Positions 38,164 to 47,895 of a stretch of DNA of 64,000 bases are shown here, piece by piece; positions within the stretch are counted from its first letter, which is position 1, and the number at the start of each line of letters is the position of its first letter. The notes beneath the pieces are model-generated. The model ran no database searches. It was not told the origin of the DNA and saw only the letters and a list, made by a program, of their open reading frames with translations. The DNA comes from Candidatus Iainarchaeum sp. (lineage in GTDB: Archaea; Iainarchaeota; Iainarchaeia; Iainarchaeales; SKW153): NCBI GenBank assembly GCA_026414365.1, contig JAOAJD010000001.1, positions 314,144 to 378,143 of the forward strand. Direction: 5' to 3'. Position numbers and translations under genes: made by a program.

Positions 38164-38316
38164 ATTTTATTTTTTGCTCTTCTTGTATTTAAAAAAGATA
38201 TCTCTGAAATTTTGCTTCGTCATAAATTTTGTCCGTAAAATTCGTCAATAAACAAAAAAAGATTAGATGAATAACGAAACATTTAAATATTTGGCTTTGA
38301 AGAATTATTTGTTATT

Positions 38317-39558
38317 ATGGATCCCTTTTCAAAGTTTTATGAGAAAACCTATGAGGAAAGAATTAAGTTGCTAAAAGATTATGCAAAACTATCTGATGAT
38401 GAAATAGCACTGCTAGCTAAAGAAACAAATTTGTCTATAAAAACAGCAGAATGTTTGTCAGAAAATATAATAGGTACTTTTTCTATGCCTTTAGGAATAG
38501 CTACACATTTTGTTATAAACGGAAAAAATTATATTCTGCCCATGGTTATTGAAGAACCGAGTGTAGTTGCAGCAGCTTCTAATGCGGCAAAATTAAGTGA
38601 AGGATTCTTGGCTTCGGCAGATGACAGTATTATGTTTGGCCAGATTCAAATAGTAGGTGTTAAGGACATAAAAAAAACAATATCAGAAATAAAAAAGAAC
38701 CAAAAGAATTTGATTAATAAAGCAAATTCTAAAGATTCTGTTTTGGTAAGTCTTGGCGGTGGCGTAAAGGACGTAAAAATCAGGAAGATTAGTACAGATA
38801 GGGGCGAGCACATTATTGTAAATTTAATTGTTGATGTCAAAGATGCGATGGGAGCCAATGCAGTAAATTCTTTCTGTGAATCATTAAAAGAGGATCTGGA
38901 AAAAATCAGTGGTGGTAAGGTTAGGGCAAGGATAATTAGTAATCTTTGTGTTGCAAGACTAGCTAAAGCAAAAGCGGTTTGGTTAAAGGAAAAAATAGGT
39001 GAAGAGACAATTGAAGCGATTTTAGATGCTTATCATTTTGCTAAAAAAGACCAGTTTAGATGTACAACTCATAATAAAGGTATAATGAATGGTATTGATG
39101 CTTTAGCTATTGCTACAGGACAAGATTTTAGAGCTATAGAAGCTTCAGCTCACAGTTATGCTGCTTTTAAAAGAAAGTATTCTCCTTTAACCAAATATTA
39201 CAAAGACAATGCTGGTAATTTAATAGGGGAAATAGAAATACCTCTAGCTGTGGGTGTTGTTGGAGGAGCTGTTAGAACAAATCCGCTAGCAAAACTTTGC
39301 TTAAAAATTGCTAATATAAGCTCTGCTAAAGAATTAGCAATGTCTATGGCTTGTGTTGGTTTAGCAAATAATTTTGCCGCTTTAAAGGCATTATCTACAG
39401 AAGGAATACAGAAAGGTCATATGAGACTTCATGCAAAGAATATTGCAATCACTGCAGGTGCTAGTGAAGATTTGGTTGATAAAGTGGCTGAGATAATGGT
39501 CAAAGAGAACAATATTTGTGTAGCAAGAGCTAAAGAAATAATAAGTGAGTTAAAATGA
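38317..39558 (+). CDS. mvaA: HMG-CoA reductase, class II
   Basis: ENIIG, EEPSVVAA, DAMGAN, THNKGIMNG, EGIQKGHMRLH. Confidence 0.92.
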   Translation: MDPFSKFYEKTYEERIKLLKDYAKLSDDEIALLAKETNLSIKTAECLSENIIGTFSMPLGIATHFVINGKNYILPMVIEEPSVVAAASNAAKLSEGFLASADDSIMFGQIQIVGVKDIKKTISEIKKNQKNLINKANSKDSVLVSLGGGVKDVKIRKISTDRGEHIIVNLIVDVKDAMGANAVNSFCESLKEDLEKISGGKVRARIISNLCVARLAKAKAVWLKEKIGEETIEAILDAYHFAKKDQFRCTTHNKGIMNGIDALAIATGQDFRAIEASAHSYAAFKRKYSPLTKYYKDNAGNLIGEIEIPLAVGVVGGAVRTNPLAKLCLKIANISSAKELAMSMACVGLANNFAALKALSTEGIQKGHMRLHAKNIAITAGASEDLVDKVAEIMVKENNICVARAKEIISELK

Positions 39559-40610
39559 GTTTAAAGGCAAAAGTAGGAATAGTCGGTTATGGAGTTTATA
39601 TTCCTCCCTATAGAATTAAGATAGAAGATATAGCAAAGGCATGGGGTAAAGATGGCAATGATATATCTAAAAGTTTAAATGTATATGAAAAGGCAGTTGC
39701 CGATTTTGATGAGGATGCATGTACAATTGCAGTTGAGGCTGCCAAGAATGCAGTAAATGATTTTAATATAGATGCACAAAAAATAGGTGCTTTGTACGTG
39801 GGTTCAGAAAGCCATCCTTATGCTGTTAAACCAACAGCTTCAATAGTTGGTGATGCAATTAATGCAGGTCCTGATCTTATGTGTGCTGATTTACAATTTG
39901 CGTGCAAAGCAGGTACTGCAGGTATGCAGATATGCTATGGATTAGTAAAAGCCGACTTAATTGAATATGGAATGGCAATTGGTGCAGATACTGCCCAAAG
40001 TAGACCAAATGATGCTTTAGAATTTACTGCCGCTTCAGGAGGAGCAGCATTTATTATAGGAAAAAATGAGGAAGAAGTAATCGCAGAAATTTTAGACACA
40101 TATTCTTATACTACAGATACTCCTGATTTTTGGAGAAGACCAAAAGCAGATTATCCATCTCATGCTGGGAGGTTTACTGGAGAACCTGCTTATTTTAAAC
40201 ATGTGATAAGTGCTGCAAAAAAAATAATGGAAAAAAATAATTTACATTCAAAAGATTTTGATTACGTTGTTTTTCATCAACCAAATGGTAAGTTTCCATT
40301 GAGAGCTGCAGATATTTTGGATTTTGAAAAGAAAAAGGTTGAACCAGGGTTGTTAACCCCGTTTATAGGTAATACCTATTCTGGTGCTTCTATAGTTGGT
40401 TTGGCAGCTGTACTTGATATATCAAAACCAGAAAATATGATTTTATTGGTTAGTTATGGATCAGGAGCTGGTAGTGATGCATTTATTCTAAAAGTCACTG
40501 ACAACATTAAAAATAGATATTCTAAAAACAAAGTAAAAGATATGATAAACTCAAAAGTTTACATAGATTATATTAATTATATAAAACATAGGAAAAAGAT
40601 AAAGGGTTGA
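39555..40610 (+). CDS. HMG-CoA synthase, archaeal type
   Basis: VGSESHPYAVKP, FACKAGT, FHQPNGKFP, GNTYSG, SYGSGAGSD. Confidence 0.94.
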   Translation: MSLKAKVGIVGYGVYIPPYRIKIEDIAKAWGKDGNDISKSLNVYEKAVADFDEDACTIAVEAAKNAVNDFNIDAQKIGALYVGSESHPYAVKPTASIVGDAINAGPDLMCADLQFACKAGTAGMQICYGLVKADLIEYGMAIGADTAQSRPNDALEFTAASGGAAFIIGKNEEEVIAEILDTYSYTTDTPDFWRRPKADYPSHAGRFTGEPAYFKHVISAAKKIMEKNNLHSKDFDYVVFHQPNGKFPLRAADILDFEKKKVEPGLLTPFIGNTYSGASIVGLAAVLDISKPENMILLVSYGSGAGSDAFILKVTDNIKNRYSKNKVKDMINSKVYIDYINYIKHRKKIKG

Positions 40611-40616
40611 TATTTT

Positions 40617-41789
40617 ATGAGAAGTGTTTCAATAATTGGTGCTGGTATTACTAAATTTGGCGAACATTGGGAGAGATCTTTTAGAGAACTAGTTGTAGAA
40701 GCTGGAATAAAAGCTTTACAAGATGCAGGTATAGAAGGTAAGCAAATTCAAGCTTTATATGGAGGTTGTATGGCATCTGGAATGTTCATAGGTCAAGAAC
40801 ACATTGGTGCGCTCATTGCAGATCAACTAGGTTTAAATCCAATACCTTCTACAAGAGTTGAAGCAGCGTGTGCTTCAGGAGGAGTTGCTTTAAGAAATGC
40901 ATATTTAGCAGTTGCATCAGGGGCATATGATATTGTTGCAGTCGGCGGAGTAGAAAAAATGACAGAAGTTAGTACAACTATTGCAACACAAGCTTTAGGA
41001 GGAGCAGGAGATGAAGAAACAGAATTATTTTTTGGAGCAACTTTTCCAGCATTATATGCTTTAATGGCAAGAAGGCATATGGAGGAATATGGAACAACAG
41101 AAGATCAGTTGGCTATGGTTTCAGTTAAAAATCATAAAAATGCTTGTTTAAATCCATATGCCCAGTTCCAAAAAGAGATTTCGGTAGAAGATGTATTAAA
41201 TTCTGGTTATGTTGCTTCACCTTTAAAATTACTGGATTGTTCTCCAATAACAGATGGTGCAGCTGCTTTAATATTATGTGAAACAAATTTGGCAAGAAAA
41301 ATTTGCGAGAGGCCAGTAGAAGTAGTAGCTTCTGCTCAAGCATCAGATAGCTTAGCTTTGGCAAATAGAAAATCTCTAACAGAATTAAGAGCAACAAAGA
41401 TTGCAGCTAGAGAAATTTATGAAAAAACAGGATTAAAACCAAAAGATATAAGTTTTGCTGAAGTTCATGATTGTTTTACTATCGCAGAGATATTAGCTAT
41501 TGAAGACTTAGGATTTTTTGAGAAGGGTTATGGTGGAAAAGCAACTGAGAAAGGTTTAACAGCATTAAACTCAGAAATATCTATAAATCCAAGTGGTGGT
41601 TTAAAAGGTAAAGGGCATCCAGTTGGTGCTACAGGTGTTGCTCAAGCAGTTGAAGCGTATTTACAACTAAGAGGAGCGGCTGGAAAAAGACAAGTAAAAG
41701 ATGCAAGTTTTGGTTTAACTCATAATGTAGGTGGCTCTGGTGCTACAGTAGTAATTCATGTTTTTAAAGCTATTGAGGGTAAAAGGTGA
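40617..41789 (+). CDS. Acetoacetyl-CoA thiolase (archaeal)
   Basis: EAACASGG, AEVHDCF, GHPVGATG, HNVGG. Confidence 0.92.
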   Translation: MRSVSIIGAGITKFGEHWERSFRELVVEAGIKALQDAGIEGKQIQALYGGCMASGMFIGQEHIGALIADQLGLNPIPSTRVEAACASGGVALRNAYLAVASGAYDIVAVGGVEKMTEVSTTIATQALGGAGDEETELFFGATFPALYALMARRHMEEYGTTEDQLAMVSVKNHKNACLNPYAQFQKEISVEDVLNSGYVASPLKLLDCSPITDGAAALILCETNLARKICERPVEVVASAQASDSLALANRKSLTELRATKIAAREIYEKTGLKPKDISFAEVHDCFTIAEILAIEDLGFFEKGYGGKATEKGLTALNSEISINPSGGLKGKGHPVGATGVAQAVEAYLQLRGAAGKRQVKDASFGLTHNVGGSGATVVIHVFKAIEGKR

Positions 41790-41793
41790 TTTA

Positions 41794-42198
41794 ATGTCAA
41801 ATTATGCTTTACCTTTGATATGGAGAAAATTTCCTGAGAGATATAATTTACTAGGTAATAAATGTACTAATTGTGGAAGAAGTTACTTTCCTTCAAGAAA
41901 GATATGTCCTAATTGTAGAAGAAAGGGGCATTTAATTGAAGAAGTTATGCCAAAAGAGGGAAAAATAATTTCTTTTACTAAAGTTTTTTCAGCACCAGAA
42001 GGTTTTGAAGAGGAAGTACCTTATTTCTTGGCAATTATTGAGTTAATTAATGGAGTAAGACTTTTAGCTCAGATAGTAGATAATGAAGATCATAAAGTTT
42101 TGATAGGTGCAAAAGTCAAGATGGTTTTTAGGAAAATATCTGAAAAAGATGAAGAAAGTCCAATAGCTTATGGCTATAAATTTAAGATAGTCGAATAG
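41794..42198 (+). CDS. DUF35 Zn-ribbon/OB-fold scaffold of the thiolase-HMGS complex
   Basis: CTNCG..FP.R..CPNC plus OB fold ending YGYKF; follows the thiolase. Confidence 0.9.
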   Translation: MSNYALPLIWRKFPERYNLLGNKCTNCGRSYFPSRKICPNCRRKGHLIEEVMPKEGKIISFTKVFSAPEGFEEEVPYFLAIIELINGVRLLAQIVDNEDHKVLIGAKVKMVFRKISEKDEESPIAYGYKFKIVE

Positions 42199-42204
42199 TT
42201 TTTT

Positions 42205-43137
42205 ATGTCAAAAGGAATAGGTTACGGAAAAATAATTTTATTTGGGGAACATTTTGTAATTTATGGTTTGCCAGCAATAGCGGCTTCTATAGACTTAAAG
42301 ACAGATGTGGATCTTATTTTTGACCCATCTTTGACAGATATAAAGCTTTCTGGTGTGTTTAATAACGAAAAAGCAAAAGAGATAACCAATGCAATATTAA
42401 ATAATCTTGGAATAAAAGAGAGAAGTTTATTTTTTAATGTAAAAACAAATATTCCAGTTGCTTCAGGTTTAGGATCAAGCGCTGCTTTGAGTGTAGCTAT
42501 AGCAAGAGCAATAAATAATACTTTTATGTTAGGGTTAAGTGATAAAGATATTTGTAAAGCTTCTTATGAAGGCGAAAAAGTTGCTCATGGGAATCCTTCT
42601 GGTGTAGATAATACTGTCGCTACATATAGAGGAATTATTTTATTTGAAAGAGGTGAAAGATTTGAAGATAATAAAATAGATCCAATTACTATAGATTATT
42701 CGATTGATATAATTATAGGTAATACAGGCATAAAAGGAAATACAAAAGAAGTAGTAATGTCTGTAAAAAAATGGTTGGATGATAACCCAGAAAGAGCAAA
42801 ATCTATTTTTGATGAGGTTAAAGAAATTGTTCTTGAAGCAAAAGAGAGTCTCAAAAACAAAAATCTTATTAAGCTTGGTTCTCTAATGAACAAAAATCAC
42901 TCTTTACTTAAAGAAGTAGGTGCTTCTTGTAAGGAATTGGAATTACTCTGTGAAACTGCTTTAGAAGCAGGCGCTTTGGGTGCTAAACTAGTAGGTTCTG
43001 GTGGTGGTGGTTGCATGATAGCTTTGCCGAAAGACAAAAAGAACGCTAATGAAATAGTTGAATGTTTTAAAGAATTAGGTTTTGAAGCAATTATAACAAA
43101 AATAGGTGGTAACGTTGAAATTAGTAGTAGCAATTAG
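42205..43137 (+). CDS. mvk: Mevalonate kinase
   Basis: GKIILFGEHFVIYG, IPVASGLGSSAA, HGNPSGVD, GAKLVGSGGGG. Confidence 0.93.
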   Translation: MSKGIGYGKIILFGEHFVIYGLPAIAASIDLKTDVDLIFDPSLTDIKLSGVFNNEKAKEITNAILNNLGIKERSLFFNVKTNIPVASGLGSSAALSVAIARAINNTFMLGLSDKDICKASYEGEKVAHGNPSGVDNTVATYRGIILFERGERFEDNKIDPITIDYSIDIIIGNTGIKGNTKEVVMSVKKWLDDNPERAKSIFDEVKEIVLEAKESLKNKNLIKLGSLMNKNHSLLKEVGASCKELELLCETALEAGALGAKLVGSGGGGCMIALPKDKKNANEIVECFKELGFEAIITKIGGNVEISSSN

Positions 43138-43678
43138 TGGAGCTTCTGGGGTTGTTTATGCGCATCATTTTCTGAGATCTATTAGCAAAATAAAAGATAT
43201 TGAAGTTTATTTAATAATTAGCGATTGGGCTAAAGAAATAATGAAGCAAGAATGTGGTATTAATTATAAAGAGCTAAAAAAGATTGTTAAAGCAATTTAT
43301 GATTCTAAAGATATGACAGCACCAATAGCATCAAGTTCTTTTTTAGTTGATGCAATGGTTATAATACCATGCTCTATAAAAACAGCTTCTGAGATAGCAA
43401 ATGCTAGTTGCAATACTTTAATATCAAGAGCAGCAGACAACATTTTAAAAATGAGGAAAAAGTTAATTGTTTGTGTGAGAGAAACTCCTTTAAGTACACC
43501 AGCTTTAGAGCAATTATATAAATTATCTTTAATAGGAGCAGTAGTTATGCCTTTGAGTCCTGCTTTTTATCATAAGCCTAAAAGCATAGAAGATATGTTT
43601 TGTTTTATAACAGGTAAAATAAAAGATTTGTTAGAAATAAAAAACAACGAATTTACGAGGTGGGGCAGTGAGCTTTAG
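43115..43678 (+). CDS. ubiX: UbiX flavin prenyltransferase
   Basis: VVAISGASG, APIASSS, PCSIKT, RETP, PAFYH. Confidence 0.92.
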   Translation: MKLVVAISGASGVVYAHHFLRSISKIKDIEVYLIISDWAKEIMKQECGINYKELKKIVKAIYDSKDMTAPIASSSFLVDAMVIIPCSIKTASEIANASCNTLISRAADNILKMRKKLIVCVRETPLSTPALEQLYKLSLIGAVVMPLSPAFYHKPKSIEDMFCFITGKIKDLLEIKNNEFTRWGSEL

Positions 43679-44969
43679 AGATTATATAAAAAAATTAGAA
43701 AAGAAAAGAAATCTCATAAGAATAAAAAAACCAGTGTCAAAAAATTTAGAAGCCTCTGCAATAATAAATGAGCTTAAAGATAAACCAGTTTTATTTGAGA
43801 ATATAAAAGAATCAAATTTCAAAGTTTCAGCAAATATTTTTGCAACCAAACAACTTATTGCGGATTATTTTGGTGTTTCAGTTCAAGAGCTTTTAGAAAA
43901 GATGCTTTATGCAATTGAGAATCCATCTGAACCAAAATTAGTTAAAAATGCGCCTTGCCAAGAAGTTGAATTACCCATAGATTTAGATAAATTACCAATT
44001 TTGTTTCATTGTGAAAAAGACGGAGGTAACTATATAAGTTCAGGAGTTTGTATAATTACAGATAAAGAATATGGGCAGAATGTTGATTTCCATCGATGTA
44101 TGCAAATATCAAAAAATAAATTTAGTGTTAGAGTTGTAGAAGGCAGACATTTTGATATATTTTTAAAAAAGAACAAAGATATGCCGGTAGCGGTTTGTAT
44201 TGGCAATTCTCCAAATGTTTTGTTGGCTGCTGCCACTTCTGTAAATCTAGGTCAAAACGAACTTTGTATTGCAAATAGTTTGGAAGAACTTAATGTTGTT
44301 AAAGCAAAAACATTTGATGCATTAATTCCCGCAGATTGTGAGTTTGTTTTAGAGGGCATAATAAGAGAAAATGAAAGACATACTGAAGGACCGTTTGTGG
44401 ATTTAACAGAGACATACGATATTGTGAGAGATGAACCTGTATTGGAAATAAAGAAGATAACTTGTAGAAGAGATGCTATATGGCAAGCATTATTACCTGG
44501 GGGACTAGAACATAAAATTTTAATGGGTATGCCTCGGGAGCCAACAATTTTTAAGAAGGTTAAAGATGCAGGAATAAATTGCTTAGATGTTAGTTTAACA
44601 CCGGGTGGTTGTAGTTGGTTGCATGCTGTTGTTAAGATAAATAAAAAAGAAGAGAATGATGGAAAAAAAACAGTATATGCGGCATTTGAAGGTCATAAAA
44701 GTTGTAAACATGTTTTTGTAGTAGATGACGATATAGATATTTATGATCCCAATTGTATTGAGTGGGCTTTGGCTACAAGATTCCAAGCAGACAGTGATTT
44801 AATAATATTAAAAAATCAGAAGGGTTCTAGTTTAGATCCCAGCGCTGACCCAAAGACTTCTCTGACTACAAAATGTGGTTTTGACCTAACAAAGCCATTA
44901 TTAGTAAAAGGAAAAAACTTTGAAAAAGCAGAGTATCCTAAAACAAATTTGAAATACTTTTTAGATTAA
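43668..44969 (+). CDS. UbiD-family decarboxylase, probable anhydromevalonate phosphate decarboxylase
   Basis: DGGNYI, EGPFVD, VVDDDIDI..WALATR, SSLDPS; mevalonate-cluster context. Confidence 0.85.
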   Translation: MSFRDYIKKLEKKRNLIRIKKPVSKNLEASAIINELKDKPVLFENIKESNFKVSANIFATKQLIADYFGVSVQELLEKMLYAIENPSEPKLVKNAPCQEVELPIDLDKLPILFHCEKDGGNYISSGVCIITDKEYGQNVDFHRCMQISKNKFSVRVVEGRHFDIFLKKNKDMPVAVCIGNSPNVLLAAATSVNLGQNELCIANSLEELNVVKAKTFDALIPADCEFVLEGIIRENERHTEGPFVDLTETYDIVRDEPVLEIKKITCRRDAIWQALLPGGLEHKILMGMPREPTIFKKVKDAGINCLDVSLTPGGCSWLHAVVKINKKEENDGKKTVYAAFEGHKSCKHVFVVDDDIDIYDPNCIEWALATRFQADSDLIILKNQKGSSLDPSADPKTSLTTKCGFDLTKPLLVKGKNFEKAEYPKTNLKYFLD

Positions 44970-44985
44970 TATTTTAGTGTTTGTT

Positions 44986-46158
44986 ATGATACTAAATAAA
45001 GAAGAAAAAGATATGTTAAATGGAAAATATGGCTACGCAGTACAGAAAAGCATGGAAATATTAGTCGCTATAGGTGAAATATATGAAGCAAAAAGAATGG
45101 TTCCTATTGTATCAGCACAAATAGCAGGTGTTAGTTATGATAATTTAGGAGATGCAGGCATTGAGTTTTTAGAAGAAATTTCAAAAGATGCAAAAGTTAG
45201 GGTTATTACAACCCTTAACCCAGCAGGCATGGATCTAGAAGATTGGAAAAAATTGGGAATAAGTGATGACTTTGCTGAGAAACAACTTAAGATAATTAAG
45301 ATATTTTCAAATATTGGTGTTATCCCAACTTGTACCTGTACACCTTATTTTGTTGGAAATACTTCTCATTTTGGCCAACATGTTGCTTGGAGTGAAAGTT
45401 CTGCTGTAATTTATGGAAATTCAGTTATTGGTTTGTATACAAACAGAGAGGGCGGTCCAAGTGCATTGGCAGCGGCGATTACTGGAAGGACGCCTTATTA
45501 TGGTTATCATTTAGATGAAAATAGGCAGGCAAAAGTAAAAATTATTGTTGAGGCAGATATTAAAAATGATGTTGATTTTGGTATCTTAGGTAAAATAATA
45601 GGTCAAAAGATAAAAGATAAAGTATGCTACATAACAGGAATCAAAGAAGCTTCTGTAGATAAGTTAAAAATATTTGGTGCTTCTCTAGCAACTTATGGTG
45701 GGGCATCTTTGTTTCATATTGAAGGTATAACACCAAACAAAACAGATATCCCTAAAGATGAAATTGTTGTTAGCCAAGACGAGATATTCAGAGAAAAAGA
45801 ATTAATGAGCGATGTTGGTGATGTCGATTTTATTTCCCTCGGTTGTCCGCATGCTTCTTTAGAAGAGGTTGCTACAATAGCCTCTTTATTAAAGAATAAA
45901 AAAGTAAAAAAAGAGCTATGGATTTGTACTTCAAGATCTGTTTATGAAATTTCAAAAAGAGCAGGTTATGTTAGAGCTATTGAAGATTCAGGTGCAAAGT
46001 TTGCAGTTGATAGTTGTATGGTCGTTGCTCCAATAAAAGGAAGATTTAAGGCAATGGCAACAAATTCAGCCAAGGCAGCTTATTATGCAAAATCAAAAAA
46101 TAATTTTAAAGTTTTGTATAAACCTTTAGAAGAATGTATAAAGTTAGCTATAGAATGA
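44986..46158 (+). CDS. Phosphomevalonate dehydratase large subunit (aconitase X catalytic domain)
   Basis: TTLNPAG, CTCTPY, AWSESSA, TNREGGP, LGCPHAS, ATNSAK. Confidence 0.88.
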   Translation: MILNKEEKDMLNGKYGYAVQKSMEILVAIGEIYEAKRMVPIVSAQIAGVSYDNLGDAGIEFLEEISKDAKVRVITTLNPAGMDLEDWKKLGISDDFAEKQLKIIKIFSNIGVIPTCTCTPYFVGNTSHFGQHVAWSESSAVIYGNSVIGLYTNREGGPSALAAAITGRTPYYGYHLDENRQAKVKIIVEADIKNDVDFGILGKIIGQKIKDKVCYITGIKEASVDKLKIFGASLATYGGASLFHIEGITPNKTDIPKDEIVVSQDEIFREKELMSDVGDVDFISLGCPHASLEEVATIASLLKNKKVKKELWICTSRSVYEISKRAGYVRAIEDSGAKFAVDSCMVVAPIKGRFKAMATNSAKAAYYAKSKNNFKVLYKPLEECIKLAIE

Positions 46159-46186
46159 ATTTTTTTTGATTTATTAAGGTGGTTCG

Positions 46187-46582
46187 TTGGAATTAAAAGG
46201 GAGAACTATTAGCAAAGGTTTTGCTAGAGGTGTTGCGTTAGTTAGCAAGGATCCAATTTCATTTTACGGTGGTGTAGACCCAGAAACAGGAAATATTTCA
46301 GAAAAAGGACATTATATAGAAGGAAAGAATATTTCTGGGAAGATATTAGTTTTTCCGCAGGGTAAAGGTTCGACTGTTGGCAGTTATGTTTTATATAGAT
46401 TAAAGAAAAATGGTAAAGCTCCTTTGGCCATAGTAAACAAAGAGTGTGAAACTATAGTTGCGGTGGGAGCTATTATAGCTGAGGTTCCATGTGTAGATAA
46501 AATAGATATTGAAAAAATAAAAGATGGGGCTATTTTAGAGGTTGATGCCAATAAAGGAGTTGTTAGAATTTTAGGCGATTAA
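46187..46582 (+). CDS. Phosphomevalonate dehydratase small subunit (AcnX swivel domain, DUF126)
   Basis: ISFYGGVDPETG, GKGSTVGSY. Confidence 0.88.
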   Translation: MELKGRTISKGFARGVALVSKDPISFYGGVDPETGNISEKGHYIEGKNISGKILVFPQGKGSTVGSYVLYRLKKNGKAPLAIVNKECETIVAVGAIIAEVPCVDKIDIEKIKDGAILEVDANKGVVRILGD

Positions 46583-46593
46583 CTCTCTTTATT

Positions 46594-47004
46594 TTATTCT
46601 CCAATTATTTTTATTAAAACCTTTTTTCTTCTTTGTCCATCAAACTCTGCATAAAATATTTGTTCCCATGGTCCTAAGTGTAATTTTCCATTTGTTATGG
46701 CCATAACAACTTGATGGCTCATAAGTTGTCTCCAGATATGTGCTGCGGCATTGTCTTCATAGGTATTATGCTCGTATTTATCGTTATAAGGAACAAGCTT
46801 TTCTAATACTCTTTTGAAGTCATTTATTAGACCAGATTCATTGTCGTTTACTATCACTGCAGCAGTTATATGCATTGGGTTCACTAAAACCAAACCTTCT
46901 TTTATTTTTGATTCTTTTATAGCTTCTTCTACCATTTCTGTTATTCTAATAAATTCTATTTTGTTTTTAGTGTTAAATTCTAGAATTTTAGTATAACTTT
47001 TCAT
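46594..47004 (-). CDS. YjbQ / UPF0047 family protein
   Basis: [31 protein letters not shown]. Confidence 0.88.
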   Translation of the reverse strand: MKSYTKILEFNTKNKIEFIRITEMVEEAIKESKIKEGLVLVNPMHITAAVIVNDNESGLINDFKRVLEKLVPYNDKYEHNTYEDNAAAHIWRQLMSHQVVMAITNGKLHLGPWEQIFYAEFDGQRRKKVLIKIIGE

Positions 47005-47082
47005 GTTCTCACATTTTCTGAGTTTTATGTTCATTTGTTTGAGAAATATTATATATTAGAATCATCAAATCTTTATTTTAAT

Positions 47083-47889
47083 ATGCACATTATGCATCCT
47101 ATTTACATTTTGAAATTAGGTGGTTCTTCTATAACAGAAAAGCATTCAAACGAGTTCATAGTAAACCAAAAAGTATTGGCTGAAACGGCAAGAGCAATAT
47201 CGCATTCTATGAAAAAAAAGAATTTTTGTTTGATTGTTGTGCATGGTGCTGGGCCTTTTGGGCACAGACTAGTAAAGCAGTATAAAATAGAGGATAGAGT
47301 TTTAACAGAAGAGCAAGTAAGAGGTTTTGTTAGAACACACAAATCTGTTGCTGACCTAAATAATATAGTACTTAATTCTTTTATTGAGCACAACATAGAT
47401 GCGTTTTCCATTCAACCATCTGCTTGCATAATCCAAAAAAATAAGAAAATTGAAAAATTTGATTTAGAAATAATAAAAGAACTTTTATCAAAAAAGATAG
47501 TTCCTATCCTTTATGGAGATATGGTGGTTGATGTTTCTTTAGGTGCTTCTGTCATAAGTGGTGACACTATAGTAACTTATCTAGCAAAAAAATTGAAAGC
47601 AACTAAAGTTTTTTTTGGTACAAACGTAGATGGAATTTATAATAAAGATCCTAACAGATATAAAGATGCTAAGTTAATAAGAAATATAACTTATCACAAT
47701 ATAGATGATGTTTTAAATTACGTGTCAGGATCTTTAGCAATAGACGTAACAAAAGGAATGAAAGGTAAACTATCAGAAATAGCGAATAACCTTAAAGGTA
47801 TCGAGTGTTATATATTTAAGCTAAGTGAAGAAAATCTAAAAGCACTTTTAGAGGATAAAACAATAGATTGTACTAAGATATTTTTGTGA
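47083..47889 (+). CDS. ipk: Isopentenyl phosphate kinase
   Basis: LKLGGSSIT, VHGAGPFGH, LYGD, SGD, DVTKGMKGK; start is ATG 47083 or 47092. Confidence 0.9.
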   Translation: MHIMHPIYILKLGGSSITEKHSNEFIVNQKVLAETARAISHSMKKKNFCLIVVHGAGPFGHRLVKQYKIEDRVLTEEQVRGFVRTHKSVADLNNIVLNSFIEHNIDAFSIQPSACIIQKNKKIEKFDLEIIKELLSKKIVPILYGDMVVDVSLGASVISGDTIVTYLAKKLKATKVFFGTNVDGIYNKDPNRYKDAKLIRNITYHNIDDVLNYVSGSLAIDVTKGMKGKLSEIANNLKGIECYIFKLSEENLKALLEDKTIDCTKIFL

Positions 47890-47895
47890 TCTTTT

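Noticed and set aside
43115-44969. Ubiquinone biosynthesis (ubiD/ubiX)
   Set aside because: Context with AcnX, mvk and ipk points to the mevalonate pathway instead.
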